Position numbers and translations under genes: made by a program
The notes under the pieces: model-generated
What the model was told of the DNA's origin: nothing
Database searches by the model: none
What the model saw: the letters and a program-made list of their open reading frames with translations, nothing else
In this document: positions 63,841-64,000 of the stretch, one piece after another
Layout: each line of letters starts with the position of its first letter
Position numbering within the stretch: the stretch's first letter is position 1
Virus record (IMG/VR): IMGVR_UViG_3300032315_001604
Coordinates: 1-64,000 of that record
Source: a virus
DNA length: 64,000 bases
Strand: one strand, 5' to 3'

Positions 63841-64000
63841 GTGAATAAAAATTTTTTTTATAAGGTAGATTTACCTTTTTCTAAAAAAGTTATTAATTTT
63901 AAAGAACTTACAACCGAAAATCAATTAGAAATTGAAAAAATCAATCACTATTATCCATCTAATATTGAATATTATATGGAATACCATAACAATTTTTTGA
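63841..64000 (+). CDS. Partial gene, baseplate hub assembly (gp26-like)
   Basis: GTG start; YKVDLPFSKKVINFKELT; runs off window. Confidence 0.5.
   Translation, partial: MNKNFFYKVDLPFSKKVINFKELTTENQLEIEKINHYYPSNIEYYMEYHNNFL

Noticed and set aside
1-64000. Stop-codon reassignment
   Set aside because: Conserved genes are full length in code 11, TAA, TAG and TGA all end genes, and no suppressor tRNA was found.

Overview
64 kb segment of a large, AT-rich, T4-like (contractile-tailed) lytic bacteriophage genome; standard code 11 fits all genes. From left to right: (i) a visibly GC-richer cassette array (1-2677) in which small genes sit between near-identical terminators, a conserved 31-bp inverted repeat and sigma70-type promoters, ending in a palindrome/tandem-repeat junction; (ii) accessory enzymes (methyltransferase, Nudix, kinase-like protein, nucleotidyltransferase, GuaC, LpxH-like phosphoesterase); (iii) three BspA-type LRR fibre-like genes with an embedded sulfotransferase; (iv) a translation/RNA module spread over 16.4-37.7 kb: a tmRNA with a very long tag, 13 tRNAs (including Ser-ACT, long-arm Ile-TAT and an atypical initiator-like Met), bS21, a stand-alone bL12 N-terminal-domain mini-gene missing from the ORF track, and two unexplained structured ncRNA candidates (~200 nt and ~570-600 nt); (v) PurA, an outer-membrane beta-barrel, two paralogous Gly/Asn/Ser/Thr-rich fibres; (vi) RNA repair and nucleotide metabolism genes (Rnl1-like ligase, Pnk-like kinase, phosphoesterases, dUTPase, dCMP deaminase, class II RNR, PhoH); (vii) head/neck/tail genes (scaffold-like, gp14-like, sheath, tube, baseplate). 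Host is tentatively Verrucomicrobiota/PVC (inference). All calls come from motif recognition by eye; no database search or folding program was run.
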